From Chrysemys picta bellii (Eukaryota): 64,000 nucleotides of DNA. The position numbers and the translations under genes are program-made. The notes under the pieces were generated by a model. The model worked only from the letters and a program-made list of their open reading frames with translations, did not search any database and had not been told where the DNA came from. How positions within the stretch are numbered: position 1 is the first letter of the stretch; every line of letters starts with the position of its first letter. This document shows positions 27,192 to 40,600 of this stretch, piece after piece. Location of the stretch: positions 77,314,001 to 77,378,000 of the forward strand of contig NC_088792.1 of the NCBI RefSeq assembly GCF_011386835.1, in the 5' to 3' direction.

Positions 27192-27472
27192 GGCTACGTC
27201 TACACTATCACTTATGTTGGCATAACCTATGTCACTCAGGGGTGTGAATAAGCCACCCCCGGAGCGACATAAGCTGCACCAACTTAAGCGCCGGCATTGA
27301 CAGTGCTATGATGCGGGAGAGCTTCTCCCGCTGACACAGATGCTGCCACTCGTTGGGGGTGGATTAACGAAGCTGATGGAAGAGAGCTCGCCCATCAACT
27401 CAGAGCAGCTACACGAGGGAGCCTACAGTGGCACTGCTGCAGCGGTGTAAGCTCTCTAGTGTAGTGATAGCC
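27192..27472. mobile_element. Non-autonomous Harbinger MITE
   Basis: TIRs ggctacgtctacacta / tagtgtagtgatagcc; TGA TSD on both sides. Confidence 0.85.
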
Positions 27473-30400
27473 TGAGTAAAGGCACTAGGTAAGGGGTATC
27501 GTGCTGCCCTGGCTCTGAATGGAGTGGTTGCATACTCCTATCTGTCTTGTTTAACTGCATTGGCTCCAGGGCACTGGCCTGCAGTTCGGAGAACACGGTT
27601 CCCATGGCACTGTATTGTTGTTAATCGCTGCGTCCCATTCCACACACAGCAATATTCCATACATCTAGCTACCTCCTGCATTTATTGAATGTACTTTATC
27701 TCCTGTTTGCTCTGTCAGCAACTGCAAATTAGTAATGCCAGCATGAGTCCATGTGTGCAGTCAGCATGATCAGACCCCACAAAAGTCCTTTTGTCAGGAT
27801 TCTGGCCAGGGTCTGGGAATATTTCAATAAATCTGTCCATTTGTTGTGATACAAGCAGAAAAATGCCTAAGTAACTGCTTTTACTGGTTATCACTACATA
27901 CCGTGAGCACAAATAGAGGGAGGAAGAAATCTGTCAAAACACCAACTTTGGGCCCTGTGTACATGCCAGGGGAAAGTCCCAATATGGGCACCACCAGTAC
28001 AGCTTCATTGTCACAGCCTGGCACGTTAGCTGAGATCCTGCAGAGATTGTTTATCCAGGGGCTCAATAAAGAATACCTTAGAGAGCATACATTTTTTCAA
28101 AGCAGAGCATGGGGAGTTGCCGTGTTGTTTGTGGTTAACAAGACTTGTGCATGTGACTCATTACCCTTAGTGTATATCCATATAACCTGATTGCCATGAC
28201 AAAGTGCTGATGCCAGCTCTGAATGCTGTATCTAACTGCATGCTGCTGAGATCCTTCCACCTGTCTTATCAAAACGAAGCCAGCATTGAATCTCTTTTTC
28301 AATGTCCATTTAGATCAGCAGTTACCGTTAGCATTATAGTTTGCCACCTGGCCACCGTGATCAACCACAGTAACGTTCAGGTTGACAAAGCTAAGCAAAG
28401 AATAAAAAAGATGCTTTACCATTATTGCACCAAGGATTAGACTGATTTTATTATGGGATGGCTATGAGGCTAGTTAGCAAACTGGGCAAAGACCCACCAT
28501 GCCTCTGGAGGAGATATTTTTGTGGACTAAAGTGAAACAAGTTTAGTGACCCTGACTACTGGCTATATGACATTTGTCCATATCATAAAACTACAGCACC
28601 GTGCACAACAAACAATCTGCTCAGGAGAGGTCCTAGACTGGAATAGCCCATGTTCCCTCATTCATTTAAAACAAAACTTCACACAAAAACACAACAACAC
28701 GTCCCTTTTTTGGATTAGCTAAAATGAGATCACCTTGTTTTTGAAAGATGTTAGCAATTTTAAAATAGAATTAGCAAGATAGTTAGCACTGCAAAATAGC
28801 TCTCCTCCCTGTGGCTAGCATTTTGTTTTTGTTTTTTGTTTATTTTAACTACCCATTGAAACAAGATTAAAAGTGGTGGGTGACTGATTGACATTTGAGG
28901 TTTCTCTGACAACTATCCATGGCCAAAAAAGGCAGCCACTAGAAAATCCATCATTCTCGATTTCTAATGTTCAGTCCATTTGGCACCAGTGGTGTAATTT
29001 TCTCCCTACATCTTTCCATGGTGGACAGTAGAACTGTATTATTATTATCATCCCCTGACTGTGAAATCACAGAAGGGGCGGAGTCCTAGTTCAACAACTT
29101 CATAACAGAGCAGGAAAAACTAAGAAGTATTAGAAATTATTAACACCACAGAAAATGAGGGGGAGCCAGTAGTGAATGAAGCTAGGTTTCAGGCAGAGGG
29201 GTGTCTTTAGAAAAGGAATCAGACAGAGGTAGCACAAACTGTGGAGATGATGGTCTAACACAACACCCAGATGTGATCGCAATCTTGTGACTCTAAAACG
29301 CAGCTTACTCCATAAAGCAATAAGGAAATAAGGCAATCTAATTCTTTGCCATCAGGACTAAATGTAAAGAAAATAATCTCCAGAGTGATCAGTTGAGCAC
29401 TCTAGCATGAGTATTTTAAAAGTAAGTCCTTTCAAGTAAATAGCTCAGGAGCACTCTGATCTGATCTAAGCTAATGCTATGAAAACATGATTCACCTCTA
29501 AAAAAAAGGGAGAAATCAATGCAATGGCCAGAGTTTGATGCAAAGGGAGTACAGAATTGCAATCAGATTAAAAACCTTTGCAACTCTACCTGGCAGTGGA
29601 AAAATTCTTGCCCTCAAATTGTAAGGTCAATGGACTAGCTCCAGAATTAATCCAGGTCATATTCAGGAACACTAAAATATCATCTCTGCAGCATCAAAGT
29701 AAACCCTACTGTAACATAGCAAGAAAAAGGCTGCACAGCTGGTCATGTAGTTAAGAAATCTGGCTTAGTGCCCAGGGAAACTGATGTCTCAGCTACCAAG
29801 TGCCTGTTCCCAGGCAAAGTCGAGATAGCAAAGCAGCTACTGTACAGAATATCACTGCTAGCTGTTATCTGATTAAGGCAATTTCATTAAAAAACAAAAC
29901 AAAAATAAAAACTCACACTGTCAATTAGAAACACCACCAGCTAAATCCTAACTATCAAAGAGGGTATTGATCCCACCATTAATCTGTACATTCTCAGTCA
30001 GATGACCTGCACCAGTGACCTTGATGTGACTGAATCCTTCTACTGATAGCAAGAAGGAACTGACGCGCTCTGTATATATATTGACAGAGGGCCCTGAAGT
30101 GCACACAAGACTGCAATTTACTCAAAAGACTCTAGGGACATTTAAGCAGCAGAATCACGACAGTGGATTTGGTTTTTAATGAATTCCCTCTAGCGCCACT
30201 TTTTTTCTTTAGAATACCTATATTTTTACGCAATTTATGTTTTAGCTTTTTCTTTATATGGAAGTGTTGAAGAGGAACTGTCCCTTTAACTTGCACCATT
30301 GTAAACGCTAGGGTATTACTCTCTCTGACATGGTATTTGGCGTCAAATTAAAAATAAATTATTAACATAGGGCTGATTAGTGTTATTAATATTTATTTGT

Positions 30401-30559
30401 ATTTTGAAGCCAAGGAGCCCCAGTCATGGATTAGGACCCTATTGTGCTAGGCACTGTACAAAAAGAAAAGGAGATTTTGTTTAATTTCAAAAGGTCAGTG
30501 TCCATGCAAAATAATCCATATAAATAATTCTCTTCTCAGAGCCTCTGGCAACACCATCT

Positions 30560-30905
30560 TGGAAGTGCTCATTGAGGGAGAATTTTACACAGTGCACAAT
30601 GAGCTCATGGAACTTACTGCTACAAGACAGAGCTCAAGAACTTAGTAGGGTTCAAAAATAAAAAGGATTGAAAATTTATAAGGGTAACAAGAACATGCAA
30701 AGAATCACTATTAGAGAGGTTTTGAAGGGATGCTTCAGGGAAGAAGCCAACCTCTAATTAATGGGGCTTAGGAAGAAAAATTCCCTGTGGGCCAGGTATT
30801 CCACAAAATCCTGCTGTAGGGTTTCCTGTACGTCCTCCTGAGGCACAAGATACAGGCCACCAATGGAGTATGGATTTGTATGATCCATTATGGTAATCCC
30901 AATCT
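30560..30905 (+). mobile_element. Very old CR1 3' fragment
   Basis: Degenerate gagctcatggaacttactgctacaaga...agaacttagtagggttcaaaa and 3' UTR similarity to 52640-52970. Confidence 0.5.
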
Positions 30906-31609
30906 TCATTCTAAATCCAGATTCTGCACCTGACTTTCAAGAACATTATGGCTCATGCTCAAACATATTTTAAAAACAAAGCATTAATTTCAAATGCCTC
31001 TTGGAAGCACTTGCAAATGCTAGAGTGGTGGGATTTCTTGGCTGCTGCAAGGAGAGAAGCCACAGATGCTAACACACTTTAAAAACGATGGCACTCTACA
31101 CATTAAAACCTTGCCTGCACCAGAGAGTTTTAGGGGAAGGGAAGGAAACCCCACTCTCCCTACAGGTACTACCACCAATTTGGTGGCATAAAAGAGTCAT
31201 AAAGGGGCTGCAGTGGCCCAAGGGAATTTCCCCTCCATACAGTCTCTGGAATGGTAAATTCACCTCCAGCTGGATATAGCACAGAATCTGGCCCATTGTG
31301 TTTTGGGATTAATGAAAAACAGCAGCGTCGTTTCTAAATTAGATATCTGAAATAAGAAGGGCATTCTTCACTGGACCACATCAGTTTCCAGACGATCACC
31401 TTTAGGCCTAATACAGATTGATGGTAGCCCTTTAAATTGGACCCTGAACTTCATTTTATCCCTAATTTATGAATTATTATTAGATTATTTTAAAGTTATA
31501 AAGGTTTAACTGGTTTCAGGATAGACAGTGTGCTGTGGACATTGTTATGGAAGCTTCAGTCAATTAAAACAAACAAAAAAAAGCAACATTCAAATTAGAG
31601 ATCAGGTAC

Positions 31610-31809
31610 CTAGCTAAGGCAAGGGCTCTGTTTACTCGTTCCTCAAGTCCTGTAGTTCCCAATGCCTTCCACGTCATCCAGAATTTAAATGCATCTGGTC
31701 GTCGGCTACACTGGATAGACTTGTCTCCTGTGTCGTAGCTGACATCATAGAACTTGTCCTGCTGGAAAAGGTAGGAGGCCTTGGCAGAGTAGCATTTCTT
31801 AAGCAGGTC
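31610..31809 (-). CDS. GADL1: GADL1 exon 12 (200 nt)
   Basis: aaatag|GAC CTG...GCT AG|gtacct; DLLKKCYSAKASYLFQQDKFYDVSYDTGDKSIQCSRRPDAFKFWMTWKALGTTGLEERVNRALALA. Confidence 0.97.
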
Positions 31810-32298
31810 CTATTTTAAAATAAAATAAAAGTTTAGACAGCTGCTGTGCATTTAAAAAACACTTTGAGTTTTGTAAGCAACATTATAAGTTGGAAATTAA
31901 CTTGCACTATTTTCTTTGTGCCAAACTTTTACTGAAAAAAAAAAAAAAAAAACAACCAACAACATGGAATGAACCCAAGCATGGAGAATCCATGCAAGTC
32001 CTTCCTTATTGCTTAAGCACACTGGATGAAACCCTGGCCCCTATGAAGCCAATGGGAGTTTTGCCATTGATCCCAATGGGACCAGGATTTCATCCCATAT
32101 TGCCAGTGATGAGTTGTGGGCTGTGGAAGAGTCTTCTGTATCAGCCCCAAAGAGGCCAAGGGAGCAGGTGAAAAGAAGAGCCACTGGATCTGCATTTACA
32201 CTGAACTAGTTGCCCAAATATATAGAGTGTTGGCCTGCTGCTGCCATAGTTGCAGTCCATAGGTTGGAAGAGCAGTCACAGAGGAGGTGCTTTGCAGC

Positions 32299-32435
32299 CA
32301 GGAACGCTGGAACAATTTGTATAGTGGGGGTGCTGAGAGCCATTGATCCAAACTGTAAACCCTGAATAGGATGGAAACCACTTCAAGTCAGAGGATGCCG
32401 CAGCACCTCCAGAAGCCCTAGTTCCAGCACCTATG
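32299..32435. mobile_element. hAT MITE (137 bp)
   Basis: TIRs caggaacgctggaac / gttccagcacctatg; perfect 8-bp TSD TTTGCAGC. Confidence 0.85.
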
Positions 32436-32949
32436 TTTGCAGCCCTGTGGCCTGCCTGTGGATAAAGGGGTAGCTGAATCCAATCTGGCCTGCTCCAACA
32501 GAGTTCCTTATGTACAGTCCAATTACTTGGGGCTTATGAGGTGGGGTGGATTTCACCCCAAATTTCAGATTTCCCCCCCAAAAACACTGGACAACCTCTA
32601 ATGATTTAAGCATAGATTATTCATTTGGTACAATAAAAATACACCAAGCAGAGTATCAATACAGCATCATTTTCAGTCTCCAAAGAGATTTCTGCCACTC
32701 TTCACATTTAAAAGTAGCATGCAGGAAATTATTTTATTGCATCATAATTCCAGTTTTGAAATGAAAGCATTTTATGCAAAAATTCACATGCTCGGACTCT
32801 CAAGACTAATTCAGTAGAGACTGTCCACACAGAGATGAGTGGTGAAAAAGAAGCCACAATAAATGAGTTCTGTAGAGGGATCAGAAAAAGAATGAAACCA
32901 CATCATTCATAAGAGGAGGGTGGGTTGTTGTAGGATTATGGGATACAAA

Positions 32950-33460
32950 CTATGGCGAAAGACACAAGCTTACAGATGGAGGGGGAAGGAAACAAAGGCA
33001 GCATTAAAGGAGAGGGGAGTTGGAAGAAGGTAGGTCACAAGGTGGGAAGTAGGAGGAAAGGAGAGCTGTGATGCAGCAGGCACAGACCAGAGCAGAGCCT
33101 GGAAGATTTGGAGGAGGGGTTTAAAACTAAAGTGCAATGAGACAAGATGCTAGTGAAATGTCTTGAGGAAGGGGTGCCATAGAGCAACAGGAGAAGATGA
33201 TGATTTTAAAGGCAGAAGTTTGGATGGCCAAAGAGAGCAGAGATAGGGATAAACAGAAAGGAGAAGGTTGCAGCATTTGAGACAGTGAGGAATGGACAGA
33301 TTTGATAAATACTGCGGAGGAAGAAGCAAGAGCCGGGATGTAGCAGGAAATGGGAAAGAAGTTGAAGATGGCCCTAAGGTTGTGCACCTACATGACAAAG
33401 GAGGGTAGTGGAGTGGTCAATAATTGAGGAGGGTGGAACTAATGGAGGATTTCTGAATGA
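32950..33460 (-). mobile_element. L2 LINE fragment
   Basis: Purine-rich plus strand; minus strand gives degenerate HNLRAIF...CFFLRSIYQICPFL, typical of the L2 ORF2 post-RT region. Confidence 0.65.
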
Positions 33461-34649
33461 AACCATTCAATTAGAATGCATGTAGAGTAAAAGTTTGGCT
33501 ACAGAATTTAATCTGGATTTGCAACTGCGTGTTTAAGTGGCAGCCACATTGCACGTGTTCTAAGTAGATCGTGAAGCCTATAAACATGAAACCTTGCTGA
33601 ACATCATCTCATGGAGAGAACACAATCCATTTTTTAAATTTCAGTGTGGACTGACTGAAGATATATTTCATATTTCATTTCTCTACATCTGTTGCAAGTT
33701 TGATTGTGAAATGGTACAAGGTGTCTGACAGAGACTTTTGTGAAAAGTGTTATTTCTGTAACAGAACGTACAGGTTTTAATCTGCATTCCAATGCATCAC
33801 AGATAACTCTCTTCAACTGGTAATTAAATAGAAGAAAATATGTCAAGACAAAAATCCAAGGGATATAAAAGTGATACGAGTTACCTACTGGCATATGTAG
33901 AATAAAATCTGTCAGGATGAGGGAATAATAAAAGGGAATAACATTCCTCACTTCAAGTCACTATGTCTTCCTCCTTGTTCCTTCAATTCCCCTTCGAACA
34001 TTGGGCTATGGACTTGATTGAGGGGCACCAAAAGGGAGAGATTTCAAGGAGGGGTGTGCGGGGACTGGACGCTATCAATACCACTAGCTTCCCAGAGGGG
34101 CCAGCAAATCACCAGCCTGTCTCACCTCCCTAGTGGCCAGCAAAATTGACCTTGTAGGGAGGAAGCTCATACTATCACCTTGGAAAGAGTAGTACGGCGG
34201 CTGCTCTCCCCTTGCACTCCTCAGAATGGTAATGCTCCTATTCCATACCCACAAGCTGGAGCAGTGGCTGGAAAACCACAACAGGGCCCTACATTTGTAA
34301 GATTTAAGAAAGCATCCTCTGTCCTTTTAGGAGATTGGAAGTCATGGTGACAAAGGCAAGAAGATGGAATCTCAAATCAAACACTGAGCCTTTTCCAATC
34401 CCTAAAGTTTCTTACAGTCTGGTCTTATGTTCTTCTGTGTGGCCCCATACCTGCTACAGTAATCTACCTGCACAGCCATTGCATCACGTTAAGTCAGTTT
34501 TGAAAAGAAAGCTTGCTTTCATAGGTGGACATCTAAGTCAATTAGCAGAATAGGTAGTGCTACAGCTTGAAAAAGAAGTAGTGGTATTCAAAAAAAAAAA
34601 AAAGGGTGTTTGGTTTGGCTCCTATGGACTACGCATCACAATTCTGCAT

Positions 34650-35040
34650 AGTGTTTCAGTTGTGAGGGTGAGGCAGGGATGGACCCGGAGTTATGAAAAT
34701 ATAACATAGCTGCATTGCAGCGGGTGTAAGGAATCAGAACCTGCAGCAGAGCCAGTCTCCAGGCAATCTGAGGAGCGGAGCTGACCTGTGGTAGGCTGCC
34801 TCATTGGCAATAAGAGTCAACAGACCAGCACTTAAACCCAGCAGCAGCAGTTTGGTGGCTGCTCAAAGCATTCACCCATGACTGTGATAGCTCCTGGCTT
34901 GGAAACAGCTCTGCCCCTGCTTTGCCTCACTCCATGTAACCTGGCTCTGGCCCATGGCTCCAATTACTGACTTCTGGCTCCTGCTGTAGCCACCAGGGCT
35001 CACTCCTGCACTAACCACCAGGCACAATCACCCACATCCT
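34650..35040. mobile_element. Possible solo LTR fragment
   Basis: TG start, a central AT-rich motif (cttaaacc), then repeated CT-rich cctg/ggctc units; resemblance only. Confidence 0.3.
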
Positions 35041-36136
35041 GCTCTTTGACAGAGAGCATCAGAGGATATTAGTTCCCCTCGTGTCAATCTTTCCTATGGG
35101 AAATAATTATGTCTATCACAAAAAGACCTAACATGGTGTGTAATGTTAGTGCAAGCCATGGAAGGTCACTTGAGATATTGCTATAACCAGAACTGAACAG
35201 CTTCATAATTGAATATGTCAGACTGCAAACACAGCAGGTGTTTAAAAAGTAGTCCTATCTACTTGGAGTAAATGCTAATTCCCTGGAAGGTTACTCAGGA
35301 GAAGAGAGTGATGAATTCATGGGGGCGAAAAATGAAACTTATTTCACTCTTGTATGTATGCAAGCAAAAACAGGAGAGGTATTGCCCACCTATCCCTCCC
35401 CAGAAATACCAGTGAGTCATCTCTTTTTCATCTACCTATCCTGCTGATGCACTAGTGCAATGTGCTGAATTAACTCTGCTGAACACAGCACCTCTCGTCA
35501 ATTTGTGACAGCACGAACTAAGTTGTCCTCCAGCTGATTTTTATGCAGCATAGCACATCACCGGGACAGGCAGACAAAGAAGAAACCAAACCATATGGAA
35601 GGGATGAAAGAAACATGCCAGCACAGTGCAGTGAACAATGGGGAGAGGCAAAGGAGCAGTGGTTGTAAGTCGACCTAAAATTTAGTGCAAAGGAAGGAAA
35701 CATTTAGCCCTAACTGTTTAATGAATGCCACCGAAAGACTAAATACTGCTCCCATCCAAATGGATGAGAGAGTTTTGCCATGGACTTTGATGGGAGCAAG
35801 ATCAGGCTCCAAGTGCTGGAGACCACTTCATCCTGCATCTGTGTGACTGAGCAGTTTACTTCATCAGCTAAATCAAATAAGTTACAGGAACACCATGTGC
35901 AAAATTCAACCCTGGTATAACTCTGTTGAGTTTAGTGTCATGGGTGAATTTGGTCCCATATCATTAATTTGTCCTTTGTGACATTGTATATGTTTTTTAC
36001 AGCTCTATACTTTGCATTGGAGAGTGTAGTAAAAAAATTTGCAATTGCGTCCTAATTATTTCCACTTCCATAATACTGTACAGCAATGATACACCCTAAT
36101 TTTAAGTTGCATTTAAAAGATAACTGGATGACTTAC

Positions 36137-36218
36137 AGAGTTGTCTTTCACCAGAAGAGCACAGCACTGGATTCCTGCCATCAGCATTTTATGGGGATTC
36201 CAGGCAACAGAATCAGCC
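36137..36218 (-). CDS. GADL1: GADL1 exon 11 (82 nt), contains the PLP-binding lysine
   Basis: ccccag|G GCT...AAC TCT|gtaagt; ADSVAWNPHKMLMAGIQCCALLVKDNS. Confidence 0.97.
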
Positions 36219-36491
36219 CTGGGGAATTAAGGAAAGAGGAAAAACAAATGATTACCTTATAATCACAGTAGTAGATAGCAAAAAATGCCCGTGTATATTA
36301 CAAATGCCTATAACAGATTTCTGAATTCCTCTCCTCTCCTCCCTCTCTATAAATTCTGTTGTCTCTTCAATTAAAAAAATGCTTTGGATATACAAACTCC
36401 AAAGAGATTCTTAAGCAGTGCCCTTCTCAATTAACACCCTTCCCAATTAACACCCTTCCTGGGTGTTCCCATGAGCCGTTAAACTATTTAC

Positions 36492-36556
36492 CTGTGAATG
36501 CCATGCAGAAGCTTACGATGCTTCCTTGACATCAAAGCTGAGCCACCCCAAGATGC
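36492..36556 (-). CDS. GADL1: GADL1 exon 10 (65 nt)
   Basis: caacag|GCA TCT...CAC AG|gtaaat; ASWGGSALMSRKHRKLLHGIH. Confidence 0.97.
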
Positions 36557-36759
36557 CTGTTGAGATATTTACATAACCAAGACAATGTTATTTGTATATT
36601 CTAAGGTTCTATAAGTATTTCCACTGCATTATTTTATAAAACCTCAATAATCCATCTTATTCTAAAGCAATACTCTGCTTTAAATTTGTGTGATCCTTGC
36701 TCACGGTGCCTAATTGTACACTCAGTGACATCAGTGCAACCATGTTGAAATCCAGCAGC

Positions 36760-37147
36760 GGCTGGAGCCCCAGGCCCTTTAAATTGCCGCCAGAGTCCCG
36801 CTGCTGGAGCCCTGGGGTAGCAGCAGCGGGGCTCCGGGGGTTTTGTATAGGGCCGGGGCTCCCGCTGCCTCTACTGCCCTGGGCCCTTTAAATAGCCGCC
36901 GGAGCCCGCCACCACTACCCCAGGGCCGAGCCGAGCCCTGGGCCCTTTAAACTGCTGCCAGAGCCCCCAGCTGCCGCTGCTATCCGGGTGGAGGAGGAGG
37001 GCGCTTACCGGTACAGGGCGGGCCGGGGCTGGCTCTGACCCCGCGCACCCCCAACCCTTCCGCCCGAGATCCCGCCCCTTCCGGGGGCCAGAGACGGCCC
37101 CAACCCAGCCCCATGCCGGTAAGTCTCTATTACTACTTTCACCCCTG
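36760..37147. mobile_element. GC-rich non-autonomous hAT-like element end
   Basis: GGCCCTTTAAA motif three times (36773, 36882, 36941); terminus actttcacccctg, the reverse complement of CAGGGGTGAAAGT. Confidence 0.7.
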
Positions 37148-37499
37148 GCTGAGGTGCACTGGCACAACTGTGTACTGATGTCTGCACAACCGACACCTGC
37201 ACAGTGCCTTCCTCTTACTGAAGTCCACAAAAAGAAAATGCCAAGACTGGATCCTGAGAAGTACTGAGCATCCACAATTTCTATTAACATAAGTGTAATA
37301 AAGTAGAAATACCGGATCCGGGTTTTCAGGATACAAGTATTCAGAGGAGCAGCTGCACTGAGGTAGCTGCATCAGTTGGTCTATAAGTTATCTATATCAG
37401 TATCTGTTTCAGAGCCAAAAGGCTAGAAATGGTATTTACTATAACGGGGAGATAGGAACAGTGAAGGCACACCAGGGAATGAAAGGTTAAAATCATGTC

Positions 37500-37745
37500 T
37501 TACAGGCACTTATATGGCTCACTTTACTGCCGTGTGTGAGTACCATACAGTCTTATGTATTTATCCCCAGAAAACCTGTGAAGTAGGGAAGTGCTATTAT
37601 TCCCATTTTACAGATGGGGAACTAAGGCTCCTAGGGAATAAGTGACTTGCCTCTCAGATCATACAGTAAGTCTGCAGCAAAATAGGGAATTAAACGCAGG
37701 TCTCCCAAGTCCTAGGCTAGTGCCCTCACCACTGGACTACCCTTT
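37500..37745 (-). mobile_element. tRNA-derived CORE-SINE (MIR-like)
   Basis: attattcccattttacagatggggaactaaggc...aagtgacttgcc...tcccaagtcctaggctagtgccctcaccact. Confidence 0.8.
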
Positions 37746-37779
37746 TTCTCATACAGGAAGGAATAAAATTTTAATAATA

Positions 37780-37960
37780 CACCACTACCTCGATATAACA
37801 CGACCCACTAGAACATGAATTCGGATATAACGCAGTAAAGCGGGGGGGGCGGGGCTGCGCACTCCGGTGGATCAAAGCAAGTTCAATATAACACGGTTTC
37901 ACCTATAACGCGGTAAGATTTTCTGGCTCCCGAGGACAGCGTTATATCGAGGTAGAAGTG
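37780..37960. mobile_element. Tc1/mariner (pogo-type) MITE, copy 2
   Basis: TA|caccactacctcgatataac...gttatatcgaggtagaagtg|TA; both TIRs and the TA TSD are intact. Confidence 0.9.
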
Positions 37961-37984
37961 TACTACTCAGTACTTCTCTCCACC

Positions 37985-38140
37985 TGTGAATCACAAAGTC
38001 CCACAACTTCCTTGTAACTATTAATAGTTATTATTCCAATTTTACAAATGGGAAAGGAAGTACAAGGAGGTTCAGTGAGTTCCCCAAGATCACACAGCAA
38101 GTCTGTGGAAGAGCTGCGAATAAACTTCATTTATGCTAAA
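37985..38140 (-). mobile_element. CORE-SINE fragment
   Basis: ttattattccaattttacaaatggg...ccaagatcacacagcaag. Confidence 0.65.
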
Positions 38141-40483
38141 TGCCCATTCACTGGCTACGGGATTGATCCAACACCCATTAAAGTCAACAGAAAAACTCCC
38201 CTTAATTCAATGGAAGTTGGATCAGGTTCTAAGACAATACAACTTTAACTATGTGTGTGATAACAAACGGAGCTTTTCATTTTTATTCAGAGTTTCTCTT
38301 TAGACAATAAAGACAAATCACCACATTAGGCCCTGCATTTCATAATCAACAAGTTAACTCTTGAAATACAGTGTAACACACAAAACCCACAAAAAGTTCT
38401 GCATCCACAAACTTATTTAAAGTGTTGTGATTTTTTTTATATTTGGAGAAGGAAATCTTATGAAAATGTAGTTTCCCTAGTATTGTTTGACATAGGGTAA
38501 GCTTTGGAACTGAGTTACACCTGTGTAAATCTGGAATAACTCTGCTGACTTCAATTTTAGACAGCATAGTGAATAGCTCTTGGGACTGAAGCCAACAGAG
38601 TGACTCTGATTCACACCAGTGTAACTGACATCAGAATATGGCCCTGCTGTATAGAGCATTTACATCTACTCAAAGTCATTTGATTTTAATTGTTCTTTAT
38701 TTTTTCAAAATTATAAACAGGCCCATATTAGGTGTTGGCTTGATAACCATTGGACTGCACAATGCATAAATCACCACAGAACTGGGTTTTTAGCTTTCAA
38801 ACACTATTTTCAGTGTACATGGGGTTGCTGTTTCTTTTCAGAATGGCCTCTGATCACCATGACTCCTGAAGTTTATTTCTGAATTACAAGTTCCTGTGTT
38901 TACTTGTTTTTTTTCTTATATTCATCATTGATCATATTATGAATATCACTTGAGTTCTTTTCTGCAGTTACAAGAGTACTCACTCCACATTACTGAGCTT
39001 GACTAGATATGTATGGCTATACAAATTAATAAAATATAGGGTTACAGGGTCTATAGAGTCTACATGCACACACAAATACCTACCACCCACTATCAGCCTA
39101 GGATAAGAATTCTCAAACTTTTTCATAATGTGGGCCACATCTTAATAGCAAAGTTGCCGTGCTCACCGCATATCATCCCATTCAGGATTGTGCAGGACAC
39201 CTCCCCTTCCTCTGGAAATCAAGTAAGATCCCTGGGGCACCTACAGCAATTGCATACTTGGAAAAGTAGAATTTTCCTAATATTAAATTATTATCTTTTT
39301 AGCTTCTTAGTACGATTTAGCAGCTGGAAACAAGAAAAGCCAGCTCTCTGCAGGCCACTAGCAAGTACTTCTCAGACTGCAATTTAGGAACCACAGGTCT
39401 AGGACAATTATCAGATCAAAAATATTAGATTTGATAAGCAATGCCCTAACCATGCTATTTCTCCAGCTCTTATATTAAAATGAATAGGGCCTATCCATCA
39501 AATCAATGGCAAAACTCACTGACTCAATTGGAAGCGTGATCAGGTTAAATATAAAAAAAGTTTTATTTAAAACTCAGGTCATTTCCATTACAAAAATCTT
39601 AAAGTGTTCAAAAGCAAAAACAAACAACATTAAATCTTCCCTATAGACCCAGGTCCAGATTTTCCTCTGACTACATTGGTATAAATCCTGAGTAATTCCA
39701 TAGACTTCAGTCAAGTTATTCTGGATTTATACTAGTGTAATTAAGAAGAAGAATCTGGCCTACAAGATTTAATTTTAGATTAAACAATTTTAAAAAAATT
39801 AACTCTTCATACTAGTAACTCAATGGTTACTCCAGACAGAGATAATAAATTCAACTTTCCAACCTTTCACTTGTATGAGATTAAAACCTTATCATACAAT
39901 GAAAAAAAAGGGTTAGGGAACATTTTATTCTGAGCAGCCCAGGAAAATTTAAGTGGGTCAACAGGAAAGCCAAATCCACGAATGTGAGACAGCCATCAGT
40001 TATTGTGATCAAGGCAGATTCTGCTCTCATTTGGACCACTATACGCTCATTAATGGACTACAAGTCTTGTTAGTCTCACTGGGAACATTTGACTTTGACC
40101 CGGCTAACAGTAATTATGCTATATCCAGCCCACATTAAGAAGTTGAAGGAATTTGAAGGAATATTTCTATACAGTTCTCCTCTTCAAAACTGCATGGGGT
40201 TTGGTTTTGTCTTTTGGGTGGGAGGAAGGAGTGGGAAGCTGTTTAGAAGCATTCTTAAAAGTACAATCTGGCAATCTGCAAAAAGACTTTGACCAGGTTT
40301 CAAAACCCACTTCTTTGCTGGTTTTCAGCAAGCGGAACTTAGCAGAGAAAACCATGCAAAGAATGGCAAATGGAATTAAACGCCTGTCTAATTTCTGAGT
40401 GCATGGAAATATCACAGTAGCCGAAGAAAGCATCAACAATGCTGAAGCAATACTAAAACTACATGGTATATAAACTAACTTAC

Positions 40484-40600
40484 ATCCACATGCAGCCAAA
40501 GACCATGTTTTTCACAGATATCAGCTATTTTATCCAGAGGATCAAATGCTCCCAACACAGTTGTACCAGCTGTGGCACAGACAAGAAATGGTGCTGCCCC
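40484..40600 (-). CDS. GADL1: GADL1 exon 9 (117 nt)
   Basis: tcacag|GGG GCA...GTG GAT|gtaagt; [39 protein letters not shown]. Confidence 0.97.
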
